IMG/VR virus record: IMGVR_UViG_3300032225_001122
Span: 1 to 31,086 of that record
Direction: 5' to 3' (one strand)
Length of the DNA stretch: 31,086 bases
Source: a virus
Lineage: Duplodnaviria; Caudoviricetes
Made by a program: the position numbers and the translations under genes. This document shows positions 7,812 through 16,300 of the stretch, in pieces. Position 1 is the first letter of the stretch; every line of letters starts with the position of its first letter. The notes below the pieces were generated by a model that saw only the letters and a list, made by a program, of their open reading frames with translations, did not search any database and was not told where the DNA came from.

Positions 7812-8420
7812 TCAGGTGTGAACATCGACCGTCAGAATGGCAAGTCCGTAGTCATCGCCATCAGTCAGGTCGAAGGTGCGGGCCTCGTAGGGACTTACAT
7901 CCCAAGCATTGAAGAACGGAGGCATGAAATAACTATCAGTAAGGCGCTCATAAGTTGCAGCAAGCCACGGACGGGTGTAAGACAGCTTCCAATCGTCAAT
8001 GCCCGCGTCGGAGCCAGCGTAGCTATCGGCAAGAGCCTCACGGATAGCAGCAGCGGCGACCTCAATTGACTCAAACTCACGATCATTACTGCGATCCTCG
8101 TCAGTAAGAATGTTGATCTTATTATTGATATCCCAATACAAAGACTTGTATGCGGCATCAACGGCGGCATCAAAGTTCCAGCTATCACGATCCTGAATCC
8201 AAGCGTCTACTCCACCGCGATAATCGTCAGAATTAAAAGCGGTCGGTGTGCCGTCCTTGTAAGTCACGGTCAATGCCGTGTACCAATTATTATCATCAAA
8301 CTTTCGCTCAACATATGAACCGAACTGACTATGTTCTGCTGCGAAAATGTTACCGTTTTGATAAATAAAAGCCAAATCATCAGAATCAAGGTTGATTAGA
8401 AAATGATTAAGTGAATGCAT
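7812..8420 (-). CDS. hypothetical protein
   Basis: 202 aa, AAGGAG RBS, after promoter copy 7. Confidence 0.85.
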   Translation of the reverse strand: MHSLNHFLINLDSDDLAFIYQNGNIFAAEHSQFGSYVERKFDDNNWYTALTVTYKDGTPTAFNSDDYRGGVDAWIQDRDSWNFDAAVDAAYKSLYWDINNKINILTDEDRSNDREFESIEVAAAAIREALADSYAGSDAGIDDWKLSYTRPWLAATYERLTDSYFMPPFFNAWDVSPYEARTFDLTDGDDYGLAILTVDVHT

Positions 8421-8453
8421 TTGTTTCTCCTTTTTGATTAACCTGCTGCGTAC

Positions 8454-8488
8454 AGCCTACCAGCTTCAATAGTAAAGACTTAGTTAAA
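8454..8488 (-). promoter_or_regulatory. repeated promoter motif copy 7
   Basis: TTTAACT-aagt-CTTTAC-N12-TAGGCT. Confidence 0.8.
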
Positions 8489-9125
8489 TCGTGACAACAT
8501 CACGATTGGCCCAATACTCACGCTCTGCATCTTCCTTAGCCTTACGCTCACGGTAGTAGTCAAGCTCAAACTCAAAGGCTTCCTTTGCGGCTTCCTCTGC
8601 GTAGTCACGACCGATCAGGCCACAACAAGACTCGCTCTCGCCATCAGGGGAGTCAATATCGTAGTAATAAACATCGCCACAGGCCCAATCAGAATACTCT
8701 TCGACCTCCGAAGCAAGCCACTTCTTGATTGTTTCCGCATCGCGCTCTACAACACCAAGATAATTCATCTGCTTTTCTGTTGTAAAGATTACTCCACACA
8801 TGGAGCTATCCCACGGACAATCAAACGGCCACTTACGCTCACCCATTGAATAACTAACCATTGAATGGTCATACATCCACACAGGATAAATATGAATAGC
8901 GCCGTGATCTTCCTTTAGACAATTAATAGCTTCGTCAATGGAATCAAAATCCTCAAAGCGAAAACCATTGATCTCCTGCGGAAGCGAATAACGATTGTGA
9001 CTACGGCAAACAAAAATGCCAAAATTATCGTTGTCGCGGGGATCAAACATATCTCCGCCGTAATCTACATAAAGATTACATTCAACGCCGTCCTGCTCCC
9101 AAGTTTCGATTGCTTCGTTATACAT
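8484..9125 (-). CDS. conserved phage hypothetical protein (YDHS...WDS family)
   Basis: DPRDNDN, PVWMYDHS, CPWDSSMCG, GDVY, ESCCG motifs; AAGGAG RBS. Confidence 0.85.
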   Translation of the reverse strand: MYNEAIETWEQDGVECNLYVDYGGDMFDPRDNDNFGIFVCRSHNRYSLPQEINGFRFEDFDSIDEAINCLKEDHGAIHIYPVWMYDHSMVSYSMGERKWPFDCPWDSSMCGVIFTTEKQMNYLGVVERDAETIKKWLASEVEEYSDWACGDVYYYDIDSPDGESESCCGLIGRDYAEEAAKEAFEFELDYYRERKAKEDAEREYWANRDVVTI

Positions 9126-9159
9126 TGTTTCTCCTTTGTGATTGAACTGCTGTACCCGC

Positions 9160-9194
9160 AGCCTATCAAGACTGCGGGTAAAGAGTTAGTAAAA
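9160..9194 (-). promoter_or_regulatory. repeated promoter motif copy 8
   Basis: TTTTACT-aact-CTTTAC-N12-TAGGCT. Confidence 0.85.
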
Positions 9195-9389
9195 TCAACC
9201 AATGTTTGCTGGCTGGAGCTTGCGTTCAATGTAGCTGACAGTTGCATCCACATTGGCAATATCACTTTCCAACCACTTAATCAGTTCATCGTTATTGTCC
9301 TGAGTCTCCAAAACATTATGAAGTTCCTCGGCGTAACTATTTAGCATACGGACAATCTCGCCCGCAATATCTGCGTCAATACTAATCAT
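9195..9389 (-). CDS. hypothetical helical protein
   Basis: 64 aa, GGAGG RBS. Confidence 0.75.
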   Translation of the reverse strand: MISIDADIAGEIVRMLNSYAEELHNVLETQDNNDELIKWLESDIANVDATVSYIERKLQPANIG

Positions 9390-9615
9390 TTTTATCCTCC
9401 CAGATCATCCAATCGTAATTAAAACCTTCTCCATCTTCGCACTCGCGCAAAAGCTCTAGCATATAATCTTCGACTACATGAGAATATTCTAGCTCACCTT
9501 CGACGCGATCACCACCATAATCAATTACTTCTCGTACCGCCTCGGCCTGATTCGCAGCTTCGACCTCTACAAGCTGGTAATGAATCTCAGGTACTTGAAT
9601 TTTATACTTAGGCAT
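9382..9615 (-). CDS. MPKY...EVEA-family protein (DpnD/PcfM-like)
   Basis: MPKYKIQVPEIHYQLVEVEAANQAEAV. Confidence 0.75.
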   Translation of the reverse strand: MPKYKIQVPEIHYQLVEVEAANQAEAVREVIDYGGDRVEGELEYSHVVEDYMLELLRECEDGEGFNYDWMIWEDKND

Positions 9616-10016
9616 TACTCTTCATCCTCGTCGTCGCAGTTACAGTCCCAAGTAAGATCCTCGCCACAGTAGCCGCAAAGATCCTCTTCTTCTCTTGGAT
9701 CAAAATTAATAGTCAGGGATGTAATCTGACCATCGTCATTGAATTCCGCGTACACAGGGTACACGCCGTCGCCGTAGGTAGTGCGGGATGCAATAGCAAG
9801 CCCGTTCACATACTCGTTGCCAAGAGCGCCGTAGCCCTTATTGTTGAGAGTCGCCTCGCAGCAACCATTGTAATTCATTTCATAGCTGTTACGCTGCTTG
9901 TCCTCGTAGCTGCCATCAAACTCGTTACAAAAATCCTTATTAATATAACAAGGATCAATAATCATAATCTGACCTGAATCTACTGCGACCTGACCAATCT
10001 GAGTTCCCGTAATCAT
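9615..10016 (-). CDS. DUF4241-like protein
   Basis: GQVAVDSGQIMIIDPCY and TTYGDGVYPVY; C-terminal CxxC...CxC. Confidence 0.7.
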   Translation of the reverse strand: MITGTQIGQVAVDSGQIMIIDPCYINKDFCNEFDGSYEDKQRNSYEMNYNGCCEATLNNKGYGALGNEYVNGLAIASRTTYGDGVYPVYAEFNDDGQITSLTINFDPREEEDLCGYCGEDLTWDCNCDDEDEE

Positions 10017-10246
10017 ACTTTCATCTCCTTATCGTAATTAAGCTCAGCCACCATGACCCATTCGCCACGATGGAATCGTTCGTCTTCAACAGTACCACAG
10101 TCAAGACAGGAAAGGTATCCAATTCCGTTACCAAGTGAATCAGGTGCGTTCAAATCAACCACGCCGTCCTCAAAAATAGCCTTGACCTCAACATCTAGAC
10201 TAAGAGAGATATTCTCTCCGTTACAACTTGGGCAAATCGCCTTCAT
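10013..10246 (-). CDS. Zn-ribbon protein
   Basis: CPSC...CLDC; AAGGAG RBS. Confidence 0.8.
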   Translation of the reverse strand: MKAICPSCNGENISLSLDVEVKAIFEDGVVDLNAPDSLGNGIGYLSCLDCGTVEDERFHRGEWVMVAELNYDKEMKV

Positions 10247-10282
10247 GTGCTTCTCCTTGTTTTGTATTCAACTGCTGCGTAC

Positions 10283-10317
10283 AGCATACACGGTCAAAAG
10301 GTAAAGGGATAGTAAAA
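10283..10317 (-). promoter_or_regulatory. repeated promoter motif copy 9
   Basis: TTTTACT-atcc-CTTTAC-N12-TATGCT. Confidence 0.85.
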
Positions 10318-10318
10318 G

Positions 10319-10403
10319 ATGGACGCCGAGGCAGTTATCACTTGTCGGTCTTTTATATCCGGGCTGGAAGAAATAAGGAGGATCACTCCCAGCGGGAGTC
10401 CAT
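10319..10403 (-). ncRNA. putative structured RNA, three-way junction, copy A
   Basis: AUGGAC-UCC-C-GCUGGGA[loop]UUCCAGC-C-CGGAUAUAAAAGA-CCGA..UCGG-C-GUCCAU; shares its core with 11431-11501. Confidence 0.6.
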
Positions 10404-10408
10404 TCTTT

Positions 10409-10954
10409 TTATACGCTAGACTCTTCGGTACGAAGGTCGCCGCGTGGTATCGGAGCCTCTTCGTTAAATACTTGTTCGTATAGATTACGACCCTCTTGCC
10501 ATTCCTGCCATGACCCATCAGAATCAACAGTTAGAGACTCTGGCATCAAAACAGATGCACGAATGAGAATAGCAGTTACTAGACTGTCATAAGTTTTACG
10601 AGCAGTTTTACAGAACTCCCAAATCTTGTTTTCTTTTTGATACTGCTCCACCTTATACTCATCGTATCTACTATGACCGTCGTAAGTAGCAAGATACTCG
10701 TCAGGAGATCCCCACAAGATAAAAGTTTCGTGTCCCTCGTCGCCCGTAGCGTTAAGAAAAATATACTTGTTATCAAACTGAGCGGGGCCACGCATACCGA
10801 ACTTATTGTCACCAACCCACGGCCCTTCAAGATCAAGCAAAGTATTATCAATGAATCGAACGGCCAGCTTTTCAGCATCACTTGCAAGCTGATTCCAATT
10901 GTCCTGCCATTCGGCAGAGCTTGGATCGTATTCCCAATAATGTGTATAACCCAT
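10409..10954 (-). CDS. conserved phage protein (MGYTHYW...FCKTARK family)
   Basis: MGYTHYW, HETF, FCKTARKTYDSLV, SDG motifs; AAGGAG RBS. Confidence 0.85.
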   Translation of the reverse strand: MGYTHYWEYDPSSAEWQDNWNQLASDAEKLAVRFIDNTLLDLEGPWVGDNKFGMRGPAQFDNKYIFLNATGDEGHETFILWGSPDEYLATYDGHSRYDEYKVEQYQKENKIWEFCKTARKTYDSLVTAILIRASVLMPESLTVDSDGSWQEWQEGRNLYEQVFNEEAPIPRGDLRTEESSV

Positions 10955-10963
10955 TTTATCTCC

Positions 10964-11386
10964 TTAGTATAGATGACCGCTCGTATTGAACGGATCGGCC
11001 ATAATTCTTTCACGCATTTTTTCAAGATCAGCAAGATCGTTAGGCGATCTATTTGCTCGATTATTTTGCAACTGATTTTGAATGTAGCGCAATTTATCCG
11101 GGGTAGTCTTTCGTGCGTCTGTAGTATATGGGCCGCCAAGATGCTTCATGCGCGGGTGATTGATAACTTCTTCAACCTTTTTACCCCACTCTATTTCTTC
11201 TTGAGCTTTTTTGCTAATTTTTGCAGCACGAGCTTTTTCAAGACCGTTTATTTTATTTTTCTTTGGTTTTGGTGCCGTTACTTTTTTGACGGTGTGTTCG
11301 GGGCAAGACAGCGGTTTTTTACCCTGCTTGGCTTGACGCACCCAATCATGCTGACCGGCTTCACACCATAGTTCTTGTGATTTCAT
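10964..11386 (-). CDS. basic putative Zn/nucleic-acid-binding protein, probably leaderless
   Basis: CEAGQH...GKKPLSCPEH, Lys-rich; ATG 6 nt after the -10 of promoter copy 10, no SD. Confidence 0.75.
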   Translation of the reverse strand: MKSQELWCEAGQHDWVRQAKQGKKPLSCPEHTVKKVTAPKPKKNKINGLEKARAAKISKKAQEEIEWGKKVEEVINHPRMKHLGGPYTTDARKTTPDKLRYIQNQLQNNRANRSPNDLADLEKMRERIMADPFNTSGHLY

Positions 11387-11392
11387 ACATAC

Positions 11393-11427
11393 ATCCTATC
11401 AGATTTGATTGTAAAGACTAGGTAAAG
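11393..11427 (-). promoter_or_regulatory. repeated promoter motif copy 10
   Basis: CTTTACC-tagt-CTTTAC-N12-TAGGAT. Confidence 0.85.
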
Positions 11428-11430
11428 GAT

Positions 11431-11501
11431 AAGGACGCCGCTGTGGGCTGTGGTCTTTTATATCCGAGGCCAGAGGGGGAGGGACAATGGCCGGAGTCCT
11501 T
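11431..11501 (-). ncRNA. putative structured RNA, three-way junction, copy B
   Basis: AAGGAC-UCC-GGCCA[loop]UGGCC-U-CGGAUAUAAAAGA-CC..GG-C-GUCCUU. Confidence 0.6.
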
Positions 11502-11512
11502 GAATCCAATAA

Positions 11513-12499
11513 TTATGCAGAGAGAATCAGATCAAAACCACGCTGTTTGATTGCATTATCATCAAACGAACGAGCCACCTGATTGCCTCGCTTAGTCATC
11601 TTGCGACCGTAATCTGCGTACTCTGCAATTGCATTTGCCGCACACCACTTTGTACCGGGAGCGTTGCCCGTTGTGTCGCCGCGTACACCTTCTCCACGAT
11701 AAATGCTGATAATAGCATCCTTTGCTACCTTGCGATTAGTTACCGCACGATCACCCATGCCCGACTCAACCGGGTACAGAGCGTCAAGCACATTATTCAT
11801 TTCACGCTCAGAAAACGGAGCGAGTGCCATCTGATCGCCAAGATCCTTGAATTGCTTGTAGTAATCAATGGTGATACCCATTACATTACGAGCTTCATGG
11901 AGCTTCATGTTGATATTTCCGGTATGGCGAACCGTGTAGGTACGCTGACCCTGCTTAGCCTTGCTGATTGCCCAGCCAAGAGTGTTAGCGCAAACAATAC
12001 GAACCGGGCTAACAGATACAAGGCACGACGACTTACCATCGTGGGCATTTGAAATGAAAACATACTGACTCACTTCGTCACCTGCAACCTGAATGTAATC
12101 AGGGAGCTTGCACAGTACCCAAACCTTCTTGCCACCGTGAAGGGAACCAGCGGTTTCGTACATCATATCCGTACCGATAAGATTGTCCATGAAAGCAAAT
12201 GCCTCATGGTTCTGGATCGGCTTGTAACGCTCAGTAACTACACCAAGCGGCTCATTGGTATCCTCACGAACATTCAGCCAAAAGTTATTTGCCTGATTAT
12301 AAGTGGTGATTTCGTGGCCGCCTACATCCGTGATTACGGGATAGTGAACCGGGCGCTGCACAATGCTCCAATCAAGACCAGAAAGCTCAAGAGCCTCCTT
12401 GATTGAGCCGGGGTACTCATCAAGCACAGTACCAAGACCGTGCCACGGCATTTCACGGACGCTAAACATCGTGTCCGTATCGGTGATTCCATGCGACAT
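11513..12499 (-). CDS. DUF932 domain protein (phage/plasmid-like, TIGR03299 type)
   Basis: REMPWHGLG, YKPIQNHEAF, ETAGSLHGGKKVW, NAHDG, PVRIVCANTL, RHT motifs. Confidence 0.9.
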   Translation of the reverse strand: MSHGITDTDTMFSVREMPWHGLGTVLDEYPGSIKEALELSGLDWSIVQRPVHYPVITDVGGHEITTYNQANNFWLNVREDTNEPLGVVTERYKPIQNHEAFAFMDNLIGTDMMYETAGSLHGGKKVWVLCKLPDYIQVAGDEVSQYVFISNAHDGKSSCLVSVSPVRIVCANTLGWAISKAKQGQRTYTVRHTGNINMKLHEARNVMGITIDYYKQFKDLGDQMALAPFSEREMNNVLDALYPVESGMGDRAVTNRKVAKDAIISIYRGEGVRGDTTGNAPGTKWCAANAIAEYADYGRKMTKRGNQVARSFDDNAIKQRGFDLILSA

Positions 12500-12541
12500 A
12501 ACTGCTCCTTTGTTTTGAATTGCTATCGAACTGCTGAATAC

Positions 12542-12576
12542 AGCATATCAGCTGCGAAAGTAAAAGGATGGTAAAG
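12542..12576 (-). promoter_or_regulatory. repeated promoter motif copy 11
   Basis: CTTTACC-atcc-TTTTAC-N12-TATGCT. Confidence 0.85.
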
Positions 12577-12610
12577 CCTCCCCTTTGCCCACTAATCAAC
12601 TACAAAATAG

Positions 12611-12640
12611 AAAGTAGCATATCTGCTACTTGATTGTCAA
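12611..12640 (-). promoter_or_regulatory. canonical sigma70-type promoter with an overlapping palindrome
   Basis: TTGACA-N18-TACTTT with TG extension; AAGTAGCA-tatc-TGCTACTT at 12612-12631. Confidence 0.5.
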
Positions 12641-12700
12641 ATAGCAATCTAGTTTAATACTAGCTTTAATATTTTAGATAACAATTATTTAATAAATACT

Positions 12701-12856
12701 ATGAATCTCTTTTGTTACGATAAAAATCTTAAAAGAGTTTGGATTTTAGGAAAAAGAATTCATCACGGCGCAGTTGGATTTGCCATGTTTGTTGGAGGAG
12801 TCGCTTTAATGAAAAATGATTGGCACGATTTTCCGTGGCTGCGCGATAATGACTGA
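12701..12856 (+). CDS. 51-aa small membrane protein
   Basis: MNLFCYDKNLKRVWILGKRIHHGAVGFAMFVGGVALMKNDWHDFPWLRDND; below the ORF-track cutoff. Confidence 0.65.
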   Translation: MNLFCYDKNLKRVWILGKRIHHGAVGFAMFVGGVALMKNDWHDFPWLRDND

Positions 12857-12884
12857 GCTTCCGAACCATAAATAGTAGATACCT

Positions 12885-13331
12885 ATGTTATTAGCATCAT
12901 TTTCAAACTTTATGGGTCAGCCCGTCGTCCTCGTCGGCTTTGAATTAATCGGCGCTGGCGTTGTCTGTTTTGGCCTTTTTTCTTATATTAAAAATGTTAA
13001 TGTGCGCTCTCAATTGGCGGCTAAAGATGCTATTATTAATACCAATCAGCAAACAATTGAAGCGTTTGAAGATAGATTGAATTCTTTGGACGAAAAAGTT
13101 GCCGCTTTGGAGCTTGATTTGGCAAAAGCTAAGGACGAAAACGGATCTCTTATTGGGGAATTAAGAGAATGGGAGAAAAAGTATAAGGATCTTGAAAATT
13201 TTGCAGCTCCCGCATTAGCTGATCGCCTTATTCAAATGTTTGAAAGTCAAGAGGTCATTCTTGATAAGATTGTTACTGCTCTTGAGGGTATTCAAAATAG
13301 AATCGATGCCCTTGAAAGCAAAAGTAAATAA
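12885..13331 (+). CDS. membrane-anchored coiled-coil protein
   Basis: N-terminal TM helix followed by a long heptad region. Confidence 0.8.
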   Translation: MLLASFSNFMGQPVVLVGFELIGAGVVCFGLFSYIKNVNVRSQLAAKDAIINTNQQTIEAFEDRLNSLDEKVAALELDLAKAKDENGSLIGELREWEKKYKDLENFAAPALADRLIQMFESQEVILDKIVTALEGIQNRIDALESKSK

Positions 13332-16300
13332 TGTGGAATTTTTCCTCAACGAAAACCTCAACGAATAACCACAATTGGAAGCCGGGAAGTCTTGGCGCTG
13401 GTTATATCTTTGCTCGTAGTAATACTCCCGATACTTTTAATCTTTTAGATTGTAATATTCGCACTTGGAAAATCGGTCCTGACGAAACTCAGGATATTGA
13501 AAGAGAGTACGAACGCACAAGACCTACTGAGCCTATTCTATTTAGATTTTACATCAGTCCAACAGGGGGCGTTCACGATGGAGGCAAAGGCTTCCAGAAT
13601 CGTACAGGAAAACCTATCAACGCGGTTCTTGAGTTTCTCCATCGCTCAGATAATAGACTTTACAACGGATATGACGAAGTTAAAGTTAATCGTTTGGGAT
13701 CAGTAAAGGCTAATAGATTGCATTTTAATCCCGAAACGGGCGAGCCGTGTTATTGCGGTCTTGGTCGTTATTCTGGCCGCTTGTCCAAAGAAGCCAATTT
13801 AAAATATAAAGATATCATGCGAGGTCAAATGCCGAAGGGCCTTGATCCAGAATTTGCTGATAATTTTCAAAAAACTATTCAGGATTTAGTTGAAGGTACG
13901 CCTGCTACAATTCCGCTCCCCGGTTTTAAAAAAGTAATTCCGTGGCTTGTTAATCAAATTAAAAGCGGAACCATTAAATATCTTCCGCCACATCTTTCAA
14001 CAATGCCGTTTCATATTCAAGATGGCGAGAATTCAGAGGCGTTAAATGCTTTGGATTGGCAAAACATTACAAACTTATTTAATGCCGAAGACTCTCCTTA
14101 TCAATTAGCGCAAATTGACCCCGAACCTTTTGGCAATCAAAGAGTAGATTTAAACTCTCTAGATCCTTCACAAATTTTGTTTAGAGCAGGTAAGCATAAA
14201 GAGTGGATTAAAGAAAGAGTAGAAAAAGATCGTCGTAAAGAAGATGTAGCAAAACAGGAAAAAGTTTATGAATTCAATGATCCTGAACATGAAGGCTGGT
14301 TTGTAACTAAACTTAATCCAAGCGCTGAAGAGGCCAGAAATGTTGGCCTTGAACAGGGAAACTGCTTCCAAAATCCCAGCATGGGTTATCAGGATCGCGT
14401 AGCAAACGGCGAACTTACAGTCTATGTGTTAAGAGATCCTAGCGGATTAGGTCATGGATTGTGGGCTTATAGACCAGATGGTGAAATTGAAGTCATGGAA
14501 AATGCTGGCCGAATTTATGGTCAAGACGAGGATTGGGAGGGTTATGAAATGAATAACCCAGAGCTTCGCGCTATGGTTAGCGAAGTTAATGGAGCACTTG
14601 GTTTTAGTGATTATTATGAAGGTCACAACCCTTATGAAGAAGAGGAAGAGCAATTATTGGATGAAGTCCAATTGCCTGAAGTAGAAAATGTTGATGATTT
14701 TGTTTATCAGTACCATGAGGACGGAGATGGTCGTTACGAACTAGCTGAACAAATTGCTAACAACATGGGCATGGGACTTGATTATGATAATTTATCAATT
14801 TACGAAGGTGAAGTAGATTGGTCTGCCGTAGTAGAGGATTTATTTGAAAATTATGAGCCGAACTCAGTAGATTCAAATGACTTTTTTACAACAATTATGC
14901 AAGGCAGTTGGTATATGGAAAATTTTGCAAAAGCAGCCGACAATTATATTGAGGCTTGGGAGCATGAAGCACAACAACCCGTAGTAGATACAGAAAGTCG
15001 CCAACCAAAACTTGAAAATACTGATGACCCAAGTTATCCAACAAGAATGGTTGAGCCAGAAGCAGTCGAAGAGCCACCAATGTTTGCATATTACCGTCAA
15101 TGGAAGGGTGTGCATACTAATCCAAATACGGGAGAGCTTGAAGAGCCGGATTGGTTAGGCTCTCGTACACAGGAGCAGTACGAAGAAAGACATGAAAAAG
15201 AACTTCAAAATCCTTGGTCATTTATGCCACAATGGAATGATTTAAAAACTATTAATGGCGAACCCGCAATGAGCGAAAATGGTTATATGCGACCAGCTTA
15301 TCTTCCAGCTAGCCAAAATCCAAAAAATAGAATCCCAGCTAGAGAAACTCAACCTTGTCAATCATGCGAAGGTACAGGAAGAAGTCCCGAAGGTTGGGTA
15401 TGTGCCACCTGCGACGGAACGGGTATTCAGCAACAACTAAAAGATATTACCGTGGGTCCAAACGAACAAAAAGTTTTGCAAGATTTTACTGGACAAATGT
15501 ATTTTGGAAAAAAGTCTGCTGTTGAAGATCTTAAACTACACCTAGCCCGTATTAAACCAAAGAAATCTCATTCTTTGAGCTGGGTCAAGGGTCGTAAGGG
15601 TCGCGGACTTTTACTTTATGATGGAACTTTGACCACTTGGCCTGTTGATAAGCGCGGAGAACCTCAACACGCCGGTATGTATGAATATCTTACAGGAACG
15701 AAACTTCCTGAGTCTCAATCTGTTCAAGATTTTGAACTAGGAATTCCTTTTGATATTTATGAAGATGGCACCCTTGCGTTCTTTGATGATGTGTCAGCGG
15801 AAGCGATTGCAGATTTGAATAAAATTGATTATCGTTTTAAAACTAGCAGTAATTACGAAGGATTTAATTATCATTTCCATCCAAACACAGGTCAGCCTTG
15901 TGATTGTGCCTATGGAGTGCATAAGGAAAGAGATCATTTTAGACCAAATCAAAACCGCATTTCTCATCGTTTTGCTTCACAGGCTGTGCGTAAAGTTAAA
16001 AATCAAGATCAAAAGCATCTAAGAAGTGATCGTGGTCAGCAGGTTCTTGATTTCTTGCATAGACTTATTTCTGGTCACGGTTTGGGCGAACAGGGCGAAT
16101 TTGGTCAGGGAGAACAACCCGGAATTGAAGGAATGGTTCCGTGGATTGTAAAAAATCTTAAAACAGGTTGGCTTAAACCAAAGGTCGATCAAAACGATCA
16201 AGTCTCAGATTTATTAACATTTAATAGTTACAGTTATGATAGCCCAGAAGAGATACGAGCAAAATTATCTAAAAGAAATGCACTCCCAATTGATATCGAA

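Noticed and set aside
10228-10527. ORFs 10228..10419 (+) and 10294..10527 (-)
   Set aside because: They overlap real genes, a promoter and the structured element; no RBS
10319-11501. Structured element as a tRNA or hammerhead ribozyme
   Set aside because: No T-loop or cloverleaf, and no CUGANGA/GAAA core on either strand
292-12576. Repeated motif as a CRISPR array or integron attC cassettes
   Set aside because: Copies are degenerate, irregularly spaced by whole genes, and have promoter geometry; no cas or integrase gene and no attC R/L boxes
12701-13331. Holin or spanin assignment for the two membrane proteins
   Set aside because: No adjacent endolysin or lipobox; topology alone is insufficient
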